Source of the DNA: Lingula anatina
Taxonomy: Eukaryota > Animalia > Brachiopoda
NCBI GenBank assembly: GCA_051362555.1
Contig: CM120645.1
Coordinates: 18,662,001 to 18,726,000, forward strand
DNA: 64,000 bases
Direction of reading: 5' to 3'
Below are positions 12,696-25,700 of the stretch, piece after piece. The notes below the pieces were generated by a model that worked only from the letters and a program-made list of their open reading frames with translations, did not search any database and was not told the DNA's origin. Numbering within the stretch: the stretch's first letter is position 1; the number at the start of each line of letters is the position of its first letter. The position numbers and the translations under genes were made by a program.

Positions 12696-12956
12696 ACCCA
12701 CCCTCCCCGGGTAGACTTTCTTCTTATAGTAACCAAGGGATAATTCTAAAAGCATTTCAGTGAGAGGAAACCCAATCACTAGATTACCACCGAACCATAC
12801 AACTGTCAATGAATACACTAAGGCATTTCGCATATTTTCAAGTTTTTATTACGATTAAGAGCAAAACAAATTTCCATTTATGTATTTATTCATTTTAAAA
12901 GAATCTCCACAAAACTGCATTCTTGGAACATGAACTCTATAAGTTCGGAATGTTTC

Positions 12957-13074
12957 AGTTTGTATGACAAAATTATGGATATCTTAACTAGAACTCACTG
13001 TCAGAGAGTACTACCATTTCTACATTCTGATAGAGAGTTCTAGTTCAGATATCCATAATTTTGTCTTACAAACT
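12957..13074. repeat. Near-perfect inverted repeat (hairpin), ~49-bp arms, ~20-nt loop
   Basis: agtttgtatgacaaaattatggatatcttaactagaactcactgtcaga / tctgatagagagttctagttcagatatccataattttgtcttacaaact. Confidence 0.85.
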
Positions 13075-13176
13075 CACAAAGTACGGGTACATCCTTTCTA
13101 TTCATTCGGTTGGGACAAATAAACTAAAGACTCATTAAACTACTGACTAATGTATTTAATGTTCTAAATATCAAAT

Positions 13177-13305
13177 AAAATATTTCAGAAAAGGCAATGA
13201 CACATAAGTACAATTTCTTCCTAAAAAACAATTGCAGACAAAATATTTCAGAAAAAGCTATGACACATTTGTACAATTTTTTTCCTCAAAAAACAATGGC
13301 AGATC
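13177..13305. repeat. Two-copy ~62-bp tandem repeat
   Basis: aaaatatttcagaaaa...tgacacat...gtacaattt...aaaaaacaat.gcaga occurs twice. Confidence 0.75.
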
Positions 13306-16300
13306 TAGCATCTCCCTCCCCACTGCCCTGCCCGCCAAAAAGGGGGCTGGGGTGAAAAAGAGACCCACTTAGGACTTAATCAATTACGTCCCAAAACACT
13401 ACTAGATTTACCCGAATATCAAAATGTCACCCCCTTCATCCTAAATTCGCCATTGTTTTGTTTCTCTCATTATAATCATAACATATTAATATTTTCTCTA
13501 ATGTTCCTTGGCCAAAATGTCAACGACGTTTATAAAATGATTTAGCCAGTAATAACAGTTAGCAGATCTTGGTAAAAATCGAGGAACAGATCACGATATT
13601 ACATGATATTGACATATATGACATGAAATCACCGATATTACTTCACTCCATTCATTTTCATTTATAAAAAAATTGTAATACGGATTGTAACTTTCTTAAT
13701 ATAAATTGTTTTCCTGTACCTGCTGGTCGAGAAAATAAGTTGCTGTAGGGTAAATAAAAGGGTAAATAAAATGTAAATATTTGAAAATATCAAAAATTTC
13801 AATCGCATGATTGGTCCCTCATCTTTACGCAAAAAATTACAATTGCTTTACGAGTAGAGATGTCATTAATATTTTACGATAAAACGTTTTTTTATCGTAC
13901 AATCTAGGAACCAATAATTCAGAAAATGATTATCAAAAGTCTTAAAGATGCATATAAGCGAGTAATTGTCAGATTATTTCCTTTCAACCCCTCCAAATGG
14001 CACCATTTAGTTTTAAATACATGTATGAAAGAAAAACAAGTTTCGTTACATCACTTCTCGAAAAGTCGAATTTGCACATATTTTTTCTGTTAACCTTCTG
14101 TGTTGTGCGGACAAGAGGAAAATAAATAGACCAAAGGTCAGTTTTAAGGCCTTTTTCTGTTTTCCGATAGAGAGCTTAATTTTTTGCTTCTTTTGATTTG
14201 TGTATTTGTTGTGTTTTGTTAGAAACTAGTACAAATAATTTACAAAAGTTTCAAGGAATTTACTCTCCCTTCATATGCATCTTTCAATGTTACATTATTA
14301 TTTGGATTGATGAATCAATTGAGGTAAATACTAAAAAAAAAATAAAAATATATATTCCGTTTTATGCACAGAAAAACCGATAATATGAGCTTTTCCAGAG
14401 TATAGAAATCTTTACAATTGAAGACTTAATTTTGTGAACTCTATAGACTTCACTTAATAACTAAATAATGGGTTGTTTTTAACAAAATGATTTCTTTAAC
14501 TCAACAAGACGACAAGACGACACATTTTCAAATTTAAAGATAAAATGTCTTTTTATATGAGTATCAAAAGAAAAACGAGCCTTAAAATCACACAGTGAGC
14601 GTTAGACCAGTAAATAGTGAACTCAATTCTTCTGGAAATTTCAACACTTTCCCTAACAAACAAGGTGTGCCACATCAAAATCCGTCCAGAGAATTATGAT
14701 CCATCAAAACAGTTTTAGAGTTGCTAAGTTGCTAGTGTTAGAGTCACTCTCATAATGGAGATAGAGACCAGTGAATTTCACTCGTGACGGTAAAAATAAA
14801 AAAATTAGAGCTAGAAAACTACTGTTGATTCTTTTTTCTCGACCGTTTTAGATGGTGTACCTTAAAACGCGCATTGTATACCTTTACAATCAAATTTAGA
14901 ATCCCAAACGTTGAAAGTGAGTTGAAAATTTTATAAAACTAAAATTTGCAAAAAATTAATTATTCGGTGTAATTTTGTCAACTTAAAATTTAACTGGATA
15001 GAGGGATTGATTCCCTGCAGTGTATCACTAATAACACTAACAACTTGAGGCTACTTTAATATCCATCCAAATTATTTTTCGCCACAAAATTTAAGAACCC
15101 TAATCATGAAAAGTTCAAAAATACATCAACATGGTTTCAAGGTCACAATCTGTCTGGATACTCACAAAGGTCAAACTGAACTTTAAACTGATTTTTTTCT
15201 AGAATAGTCCATATTTGTGCGCACTTTATCGCATCAGAACGTAACGGCAGTTCACCATGTGCTCCCTTGCTGTGGAATACGGAACATATCTCAGGTCCGG
15301 TCAATGTGCAATTGTCACAGCGTCAAACCTGAAAGTAATATTAGAGTAGTACACGTTACATTTAAAAATCTCAAAATCGGGGAAATCTTTTTTTATAACA
15401 TGAAAAGTGTATTTGGACAGAGCGTTTTGAATTAAGAGCATGATGCTGACGGAGGGCATATAGATGGTAGAATATTGCAAGCAGAATCACAATCCATTTC
15501 AAACAACAATTTGCCCCATGTGCATTGAAGGGCTAATCTTAAATCTTTCACACAGAAACAGTATAACAATAGTTCAGTTTATATATTTTAACGGATTGAA
15601 ATATTACAGCTTATTTGCGAAACCGTGCCAAAATTCGAAATGGAAGTAGATTTCTAAATTATTATTAAATTAAGGAACGGAAGTAGGCCTATATTGCTGT
15701 ACCTCTATAGTGTTCGTTGATGCGACTACCAACCATTCCCTTATTAAATATAAGCCTGCTAATAGCCAGAATTTCCACAGCATTTATCATTAAATGGCTT
15801 TTCCTCACGTAACCCTTTTTTTCTGGCACTACTACTGTATTTTTATGAACAGAGTTGAAATTAACGAGGCACGTGAAGGAGTAGAGAAGTTAGGGGAAAG
15901 CGAAGTGTTATTTATACAAACTTTTAGCATGCAGGTATCAGTACTCCTCAAAAGTGAATCATAAATAAGCTATAGATCTTCAAATTATCAACTTTATATT
16001 TTTAACGTTATATTGAATAGGTTAAAACTGGGATATTCGTTAATTTATTACCTAGACCGCCACGGACCCATCCCTGACCTGATCCCAGAGCAGAAGAAGT
16101 GAAATATCTTTCTAGAGAGCTGGTTCAATTAGTGTCATGCAGGGGGAGGAGGCAGGATGAAGTCGGTGCCTTTCGTGTTCAACTCTCTCGAGACATTATC
16201 TGACAGATAAAGCTTTATTTATAGTTTACTAAGATAAAAATACATACAATGCTTTGTGCTCAACATATTCAAAATAGTGCAGAATAAAAAAATCCCTGAC

Positions 16301-16663
16301 CTTTACCCACCCCTAATGAAATGATATCACTTATATGCATATGAAGGTCACTGATTTGCATTGTTTTGTCCACTGCATGCTTTATCTGAGCAGTGTTTGA
16401 CCAACCAGACCGTACTTCAGCGCCATCTGGAAGAAAACAATGATCGCCTCTGCTGCAATCGGAAGTGTAGAACATTTTACCGCAAATTTTAGGGTCATGA
16501 AATGACCAGAAAATCATTGTTAATGTACAACTTGCAAGTTATCAGCATGACGATTCATGAGCTTTGAAACATGCACTATTCTCATATACATTAATATTTA
16601 CACAGTTTATTACTCACTGTTCACATAAAAAGGTTTAAATGCACATGTAAGAGCTTTATGCCT

Positions 16664-16698
<35 letters not shown>

Positions 16699-16839
16699 TA
16701 TAATTTAACTTTCTATCAGTTGATTCAATCGAGCGGATTTCATATTTCATTCTGTTGGACCAGATGGCTCCATAAGTTTTAAGACAAATTTTTACAAGTT
16801 TTATAAAAGTTGATCTACTGATCGCATATGTGGAAATGT

Positions 16840-17070
16840 TTTGAATGCGTTGTAGTTTGTATCTGTTTCTTGAAACTTTCATGTAAAAGAGAGTTGAAGT
16901 AGAAGTTACCAAATAATGTATCACTGTAGCTGCGGCAGGATGAGAAAGGTGCACGTGATTACGAATTAAGCTTAAGTTCCTAATGTTATATAGGGCAGTT
17001 ATGCACACGCTATTAATTTGCTTGTTAATGGACAGTGTTCCAAGTATAAAAACACCAAGGTCTTTGCTCT
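16840..17070 (-). mobile_element. L2/CR1-type LINE ORF2 3' fragment (decayed)
   Basis: Translation DLGVFILGTLSINKQINSVCITALYNIRNLSLIRNH...IHYLVTS...KLQRIQN matches the region downstream of the RT core in L2/CR1 LINEs; an (AAT)n tract at ~16665-16700 lies on its 3' side. Confidence 0.75.
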
Positions 17071-17114
17071 CTTCCTCCTCTCTCTCTCTCTCTTCTCTCT
17101 CTTTCTCACACACA

Positions 17115-17149
<35 letters not shown>

Positions 17150-17337
17150 GTGCATTAAGAAAATCACACGTACACCTCAGGATTATATGTGGTGTTTCGT
17201 GTACGGCTTGGCGTATAACACAAATGAAAAAAGCAGTGTCTTGCGCGTTTTCACTTCACCATGCACGGTATACTACATATTAGAGACATATGGACAAGTA
17301 AATACTACGACTGTATAGAAGGATCTTCTATTCGGAT

Positions 17338-17820
17338 CAGAAGATGAATAACAAAATCGCAAAAAGACGTGCATTAAAACCCTTTAACGATATTATTTAG
17401 TGAAATAAATGGTTTAAAAAATCACTTATCATGTACAGTGAACAGCGGCCAACGGCTTGTCACACCTAGCACATTTCCAGCAATTTTGTGGTACACGTCA
17501 CAACCATGTTGAGACAGATGCCAAATCAAAACCGCGGATGAAAAGTTGTTTTTAGCAGTTGTCAACTTCAATAATAAATTTTATAATTATTCAGAATAAC
17601 ATTGTAATAGGACCAGAAGATGAGGAACAGCAAAAAGTGCAATTCGCGAGCACTTAAACCCTTTCGCAATACTTAAAATAATTTAGACGGTTAAAAGTGC
17701 ATGTAGAGTGACTATCATTTTGCAAGCCACCGGCTTGCCAGGCCGAGTACATTTCCACTAATTCTTTGGTAAAACTCACAATATTTTTGAGACGGGACAA
17801 GCGCCAAAATGTGACCGCCC
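17338..17820. repeat. Old diverged tandem duplication, period ~275 bp
   Basis: Both units begin cagaagatga and share aaacccttt, cggcttg, acatttcca, tcacaa, ttgagac in the same order. Confidence 0.55.
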
Positions 17821-20011
17821 CCTGAATTACACAGTTAGATAAAGAGGTGGATATTGTTTATAAATGAGCAATAAAAAGTCACAGGTCATTGTGAATAGAC
17901 GTGGACGTGCGTAAATACAGTGGTGTATGGCAATTGAGTGGAATATTTAGTCCAGTATTTTAGAAATGTTCAAGTTAAACAAGCTGTGCAAAAATAGGAA
18001 AATAACCAACAGGCTTGTTAAGTAATATTAATGGAGTCGCCTGCATGGGCACGCAGTTTAGTAATGGCTGTTACGTTATTGTTTTATTTTAATTGCTTTC
18101 GTGTTTCTCTGTAGTTTAATTTTCCATATATATCGTATAAACATAGACCGAACCTCGGGGTACAGGTAATACGCTAAGATATCATTTCCCGAGAAAAAAA
18201 TACCTGCAATAAGTGAAAGTTCATTTCTCTTATTAAATCAAATAAAATAGTAATTAAGTGTTGTACCTGTACACGGGATTATCAAATGAAGTATGATATG
18301 TGTTAAAACCTTGTATATGTTTATTATTAAATAATAGAGCATGTAAATTTCATTGTAAATAATATGTGTATTTAGTGCTCAATAGCTGTAATTGTTATCA
18401 TTGCATTATTTTTCATTAAATGTAAATTTTGATAGGACAATGTACATCACGAACACATTAAAGGTCAGTAACATCAGAGGGTTAAAAATGAATGAGGGGA
18501 TACGTAAAGATATCGACTGTTTGAAGGGGCTGGAAGAGGTACTGGGGTATAGTACATGTAAAACTGTTATAACAACTACATGGCTCCATTATAACTGTTA
18601 ACTAGCTTACGTGGAATTATTGACAACTATACACCCTTTCAATACTTAATCCCAAATGCGTGGATTTTCTTGTTTTTGGAATTTAAGGAAATGGTTTAAC
18701 CGTTTGGTTGATCTGCGGATCGCTAGTACTGCGTCACGAAATCCCCACTCTTTGCCAGAGGCCGACCAGGTGAAGACTTGTTGACGTGCAAACATCTCCC
18801 AGCGAACATCCCCCAGTGAATTACCAGAGGAATAATAGACGTAAAAGCTCTTTCTCAGGCCTTGATGGATGGTGCAAAAAACCCTGTAACACAAGCTCAT
18901 TGGAAGGGGGGAGGTGATCGGAAGGAAATTTTTAGCGGGATGATCTCTTTAGTCTGCCCTCATGACATACAGGATCGTCCGGTGAATAAAAGACCAACTT
19001 GAAATCCAGAGCTGATGACGGTCTCTACCTCGTGGCTATGGCTCATCTTCCATGAATCGTTATGAAATCTTTGTTTTCATGTCCGTTTTTTTCGTAATAC
19101 GACATCGCGCGGGAATGACAAGCAGATAAAGATAGTTGCAGTCTTAATTATGCCCAACTCATGTTCTCGTATGTTTTAGAAACGTTTGTTTGTTTGTTTT
19201 TTTTTTTTTTTGTATGTTTTAGAATCGTGTTTCGATGCCCTATATACTACTGTATTAGCATAGTTTAGTGTTTTGGGCCCCTACGTCGCGCCGTTAAACA
19301 GAATTCTTTCGCCAGTCGAAGAATCGTTTACTGCTCTTTAATATCAAATGGCGAATCGGGGGTGGGGATGGGGGGCAGGAACGAGACAGAAACAAGTCAT
19401 AACTAACTGCAACTACAGACATAGTTTAAACACCACTCTTTCCAATAACTATTGCAGTAAAATTGTTACCATAATACCATAGATTTAACCTGTGTGCAAA
19501 ACGCACAGTAGAAACCCGACGTGATTTTCATGTGATTGTATAGACCTTTACATCTTTAATGAGAGAAAAATATCTGAATCTTAAGGTCAAGTAAAAAAAC
19601 AAACAAAATCAATATTTTTCAAAAGGAAGTTGTCTGAATAACAATGTGTGTGAAGTGATTTTGTTAAAGGCAGGCTCTTGATAATTATTAATTGTTCATG
19701 AACTTGTTCATACTGGGAGGATATATCGTTATTGCTCGAGTTTTCACGAAGGTTATAGCCTCGCGATCAATGCACACTTGAATGTAAACCTGTTTATCTC
19801 GACCAAATGCACTGGCGACCTTGACACATTTAAAGAGGTCAAAGTCACCGATAAAAGCCTGGGAAGGAAAAAGTGTTTATATAAGATATATATACACAGT
19901 AGGCCTTATATATAGGACTATATATATATGTTCTCCACAATGTTATCTTTTTATCAGTTTGACTGCATCTTGTGGTTAATGTAAATCAGATCGGCGGCAA
20001 AAGCTGCAGCC

Positions 20012-21679
20012 ATGGACCAGCATCCAGTTAGCGAGCGCGTGCAGTGTCTGCCGATATGTGTGACAATGCATGACTATTTCGACAAAATGGCGAAGAAGTC
20101 CCCCGATCAAGACGCATGCGTTGTCTATCATTCTCAAGACGACAGACAGTCCTTGACGTTCTCAGGTCTTCGTGATCTATCGCTAAATTTGGCCAAACAC
20201 TTGATCAGTAAAGGGATTGGAAAAGGCGATATAATTGGTCTTCTGTCTACGAATTGCACAGAGTTCTTCGTTGCTTTTCTAGCCCTGTCTCGGATAGGAG
20301 CACCAATACTGCTCTTGCGATATGGCAGCACGGCTGCAGAGGTCTGCATGCTGTTGACCAAGAACAACAGCAGGGGATTGCTGGGCAGTGCGCACTGTGA
20401 AAAGGACGTCACCATAGTTAACACCATTAAGACCCTCATGGTAGATGAAAGGAAGAATACGACGGAGAAAAGACCATTTATGGTCATGGGAATGGGCCCT
20501 CGTGATAAAGAAGTGCACGTGTCCGGCAAGGCGAAAATATCTGACCACCTTAGCCAGGTAAACATCCCAGATGTGGGCCCCGATGACAACTGCGTAATAT
20601 TCTTTACCTCTGGCAGTTCCGGGGAGCCCAAACCTATCCCATGCAGTCATCGGACACTGATAGCAAGGACTCGTTCTTGGGGCGAGTTCGCCTTTTCAGG
20701 GCCAGATACAGCGGGCACAAGATTCTTCAATGACCGCCCGTTGGCGTGGACCGGGGGATTCCACATGATACTTAATATGTGTGTATTTGGTGCATGCTCA
20801 GTCACTATGACAACCGACTTTGTCATGCATCGTGGTGCTATCGAGTTCGTTATGGCTATCTTAAATGAGGAGAAGTGTACGCACGCTTTTCTAATGAATT
20901 ACCAACTCGTCGACTTAATGCACCGTGGAGACACGTGCCTCCCTCTTTGTTACCTTAAATACGTGGTGACAGTCGGACAAAAGACAGATCGCTTGGCAAT
21001 AGAGCACGTGCTCGTGTCTTTTCCTGGCATTTCATTCTTGTACCATTATGGTCTCAGTGAGAACGGCTTTGCCATGTACCAGCGTCATACCGACACAACG
21101 ACATTACTCGACGAAGGTTTCAGCATCCACGATGGAATCGAGATCAAGCTTATCGACTCAGGTGGCGAGACCGTGGAGACCGGTTCCCCTGGAGAGATAT
21201 GCATTCGATCGCAAGCTCTATTTCGAGGTTACCTCGGCTGTCCCTCGGCAAACGAAAGAACGTTCCTACCTGGTGGCTGGTTCCGCACCGGAGACATAGC
21301 CCTTAGTAGGACAGACGGCAAGGTTGTATTGTTAGGGCGTTCAGACGACATGATCAAAAGGGCGGGAGTGAAAGTGTTTCCTATGGAAGTAGAAAAAGTT
21401 CTGCGTCAACATCCGTGCATCAAAGAGGTAGTGGTGGTTGGGATACCTGATGAGCGTCTGTTTGAAGATCTCTGTTCGTGTGTTATACCACGTGACCCCA
21501 ATTTATTTGACGTCAGCAGTTTCAGTCACTGGTGTCAGGAGCGGTTTTCCATCGGACCAGACGGTCGGTCTTTGGTGCCAAGCTATACCCTTGAGTTTGA
21601 CGAGTATCCACGGACAGACAACGGTAAAACAAGTAGAAAGAGATTGAAAGAAATTGCAACATTACGCCTTCAGAAATGA
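20012..21679 (+). CDS. Acyl-CoA synthetase / AMP-binding enzyme, copy 3, single coding exon, 555 aa
   Basis: Good start context (gcagccATGG); motifs FFTSGSSGEPK, YGLSE, WFRTGDIA, GRSDDMIK, PRTDNGK; colinear with copies 1 and 2. Confidence 0.93.
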   Translation: MDQHPVSERVQCLPICVTMHDYFDKMAKKSPDQDACVVYHSQDDRQSLTFSGLRDLSLNLAKHLISKGIGKGDIIGLLSTNCTEFFVAFLALSRIGAPILLLRYGSTAAEVCMLLTKNNSRGLLGSAHCEKDVTIVNTIKTLMVDERKNTTEKRPFMVMGMGPRDKEVHVSGKAKISDHLSQVNIPDVGPDDNCVIFFTSGSSGEPKPIPCSHRTLIARTRSWGEFAFSGPDTAGTRFFNDRPLAWTGGFHMILNMCVFGACSVTMTTDFVMHRGAIEFVMAILNEEKCTHAFLMNYQLVDLMHRGDTCLPLCYLKYVVTVGQKTDRLAIEHVLVSFPGISFLYHYGLSENGFAMYQRHTDTTTLLDEGFSIHDGIEIKLIDSGGETVETGSPGEICIRSQALFRGYLGCPSANERTFLPGGWFRTGDIALSRTDGKVVLLGRSDDMIKRAGVKVFPMEVEKVLRQHPCIKEVVVVGIPDERLFEDLCSCVIPRDPNLFDVSSFSHWCQERFSIGPDGRSLVPSYTLEFDEYPRTDNGKTSRKRLKEIATLRLQK

Positions 21680-22772
21680 GCAATTGGAAGAGGGGTGATG
21701 TAAGAGCAAGGCTATCTATAATGGAGCTCCCTCTCCCTCTTCTTTATATCGGCTAACGTTGCTTGGATGACCTCACAAGTAGCTGATTACCACAAGTCAG
21801 GTGTACGCGTATTATGTCGAAAGCTAGGCAATAATAGTGATTCTTTTATCTGCAACTTGTCATATTGTAAATTTTATAGTTACTTTCACAGCATTATGGA
21901 AGTCATTCTGGCTATGTTATTTCAGTCGAGCTAAAACGAATGCCAAACAAATATTGGAATGTATTTCCAAAGCTTTTGGCTAAAAGAACAATTCTGTACA
22001 TGTTTAAAAACACAAACACTTGGATGTAAACGATTTATTTTCAATAGCATCACCTCTTTCCAAGTTTTATATCACTTAAAACGATAATTTGTTATCTAGG
22101 TTGGGCCTAATAATAAATATTGCAATTTAATTACGAAAATGCAATCGGAGTCAGTGATCGGCACAAGGTTGAATGCTTGACATCTCTTTAGCAGTATGTT
22201 GAAAGTAATTATATTCGTTGGTTTTTACTGTCTGTTATTTTCCTGCGATATCAAAATAAGAACGAGTAATCGTCAACTCTTTATCAACTACAGCAAATCA
22301 ATCAAAAATCAACAAATCAACAAATCAATTCGCGCTGCTATACATGTAAACTATTACTATGTCTGCAGGCTGAAAGACACACGTGCAGAATGTTAGCTGT
22401 TGTCAGTCAATCCATATTACCTGTGATACGAAAAATAAATAACACATTTACTGGCGACTGAACAATTCTGCTTTACATAAGTATTCAAACACTTGGTATG
22501 TAATATGAATAACAAAATACCTGACAAATACAAGGTTAAAGATCGTATTGAGCGAAAATGCCTTCGTCGCAATTTAACTTTGTGTTTTATGCAATGATTG
22601 TGAGGGAGCATTGAATTTTTTTAGTTATTTTTTATCTTATTTTATTTTATTTATTTATTTATTGTTTAAAAGATAAACAGTGTTGCATGTCTTTCGAAAA
22701 TAAGCACTACATGTATCTAAAAAATAAGGCAAAAATACAGCATAATACGGTGCCTTTAGAGCTGCGATGTAA

Positions 22773-25700
22773 CTAGAGCCGTGCGGTCTCTAGCATAGTC
22801 TCGTGAGAAGTAAGGATGGAGAGACTTGCCAATGTTTCCAGACTATTTCCATTCTCACCTGGCATGATGAACGACTTGTTGTTTTTGGCTCTTACTGGCA
22901 CCAAAGATGATCGTTTCTTGCTTATTATAAGGCCATTACAACAACATTTTTTCAATCTAATCATAAATGTAACATAAAGCAGGGGTAGCATGAGTGGTGA
23001 ACAATGCTGTAGCAACACCAGAATATATAAATATGCAACGTCTGAGACTTCTATATACGGCAGCAGTCCCACCAGCAGATACTGAACGGAACAAAACGCG
23101 CTCATCAGACACGTGAACCCCAATATTTTTAGGTGCGAGGACGACCTAGATCTTCCTGCAGGGTGATGATATTTACATGATATGTAGCAGAGAGTTGCAA
23201 GTGCTGCAAGGAAGGAGGTCAAAGATATACCAGCAAGCAACAAGTATAATCCGACAAAGTATTGGACATTGGACGCGGGGTGTACATCTGGTACGAAATA
23301 TAGGCAAAGAGGTGTTTCAGATCTTGACAAAATCTTCATAGCCATCAGTACTGCAAAAGGAAGTGATAAAACGATGAATATTATTACCACAACGACAATC
23401 AGAAATGGACTAAGCTGAACCACGCGCCTGTTTTGGAGCACCAAACATGTTAAAAGATGGTACGTCAAGAGGCAAACTAAAAAAACCTGCAGAGTGGCGA
23501 AAAGAAAGGAGCAAGTCCCTGCAACAATGCAGGCAGTGCTTTCAGGCCAACTGCCAATGTGCAGAATGAAATCGGTGTACATGTAAATTTCCGCTGAAGA
23601 TAAAATCATCAAATAAATAACCACCATCAGGCCGTTCACAGACAAAGTCCTTATCAGCATGATCAGTACTTCTGACAGGCATGTGGTCTCGTTCGTAACT
23701 GTAACAAACACATACAGATTGCTTAGGATCATAAGGACACTGGCCGCCCACGAAAGGTAGACCAATGGCTTGGAGGGGATCACGTGTTCACATGAACTTG
23801 CACGGCTCTTCATGGGCACACACCTTGCAATACCCACTCTGGCGGCAAGACAGCATACCTTGAGTGAATCAGAAGATATAAAAACTAAAGAGGATAGGGA
23901 TTCAAAAGCAGACTCTGTCAATAACTGATGAAAAGGGTTACCCTCGAGGCGCAAGGTTTGCAAGTTATTCAACCCCCTGAGCGTCCCAGATTCTAACGCA
24001 GACATGTTAGTCCTGACCAATAGAAGATGTTCAAGACTCGTTAAGCCAACAAACGCCTCACTTTCTATTCTGGAAACGGCAATGTTGCTAAAGTCTAAGT
24101 TTCGTAGCCTATGTAGTCCTTCAAATGCTCTAGGCATCACCACAGTGATAAAGTTACCCTGTAAATGAAGTTCTAACAGGTTTCTTAGGCCAAAGAAAGA
24201 CCTAGTTGAAATCATTGTAATATTATTATAGGAAATATTCAGGTGAAGAAGGTTGGCCAAATTTGCAAATAACTCTTTAGGCAATTTCTGCAAATTGTTA
24301 AAAGATATATCTAGCTTGACAAGCATTTTGAACCTTGAGAACGTTTTCTTGTTCAACTGCAAATTATTATGAGCTATAAACAGACCCCTTACGTAATCAG
24401 ACAGCGTAGGTAGGAGGGTCAGACTTTGATTGACACATTTCAGTATATGACCAGAGTACTGGCACTCATCTGGTAGCTCCACCTTTTTCAGGGAACACGA
24501 AATCTCGTCGTCGGCGTGTAGTGGACAGTCTATCTTCCCGTCACACTCCTCAACCAAATCTATGCAATATGGCATGCTCTTACATTTCAGGGATCCGGGA
24601 CACGTGTAGTTTGAGCAGAACTTCTCGTCTTGTCCTCCGGGGCAGTCATTTACCCCATTGCAGACTTTTCTACGTGGAATACAATAGGAATCGGGGCACT
24701 TGAGTAAGTCCCTCCTAGAACAAGTGGCCTTTTCACACGATTTGAGATGGGTTCCTATGCGAGATGATGCTAGAATTCCATATTCGTTATGGTCAAACAC
24801 GCAGATGTCCTCGTTGTTTAAGTTCCAATTGGAGACATTGCGGTACGGTGTAAAAGAGACGCTTTCAGCTTCGTCTTCCTGTAAAAGTCCTTGGCAATCT
24901 GGGACTTTATCCCGTTGGTTTGAAACTGGTATTAAATCTCCAGAAAAACACTGAAACGAATGTAATGTCGTAAGCCCCACAGAGCAATCCTGTTCATCAG
25001 AGCCGTCCAGACAGTGCTTAATTAAATCACACCTATGGTCCATTGGGATACATTGACCATTCCGACATCTGTATTCATCAGGGGAGCACAAGGAGAAAAC
25101 ACAATGAACTTCATCAGACCCTTCCTTACAGTGTGGGAAGAAGTCACAGTAATGGGAGAGCGGGATGCATTTTTCCTCTTCCTCGCACTTGAACGAACTT
25201 TCCCCACACAAATCACATTGTGCCTCGTCACTGCCATCAAAACAGTCGACATCCCCGTCACACCGCTGGTCGTTAGAGAGGCAAGTCCCGTCGTCGCACG
25301 TGAAATGGAACGCGCGACATGCTGGAGATGTATTTTCTTTTATGACCTCCGAAGTGTTGCACACAACCCACAAGACACCAAATGGAGACAGGTTTATTTG
25401 TCCACGTTTAAGGGTAGAGTAAGTCCACCTTTGAATAAATCTATCCTTTCGTATTTGAAAAATGTTTTTCTTTGAATTCTTTTCCATTTCTGAAACAAGG
25501 ATGATATCGCCTGATGCAATGTTCGTTAATTCTGCGTGGAATGTAAGGAGAGGCATCTCGCGTTCAAGGACCGTTGTCAAGGTGGAATTTTTCGTTAGAC
25601 ATGCATCTTCCATTGCTTGGAGGACATCATCCAGTAAGAAACTACAATTGTTTGGTTTACAATGGGTCATCTGGTCTCCAGAATTAGGAAACAATACATT

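Noticed and set aside
13716-14866. Possible TTAA-flanked (Kolobok-like) element ends
   Set aside because: Only a short ggtcgagaaaa inverted match; no convincing second terminus.
18646-19030. 84-aa - strand ORF vaguely like a non-LTR ORF2 C-terminus
   Set aside because: No diagnostic motif recognisable by eye.
2871-21679. Bacterial contamination or an operon/NRPS reading of the intronless ACS genes
   Set aside because: Flanks contain animal microsatellites, MITEs and LINE remnants; no carrier-protein or condensation domains; splice acceptors precede the ATGs.
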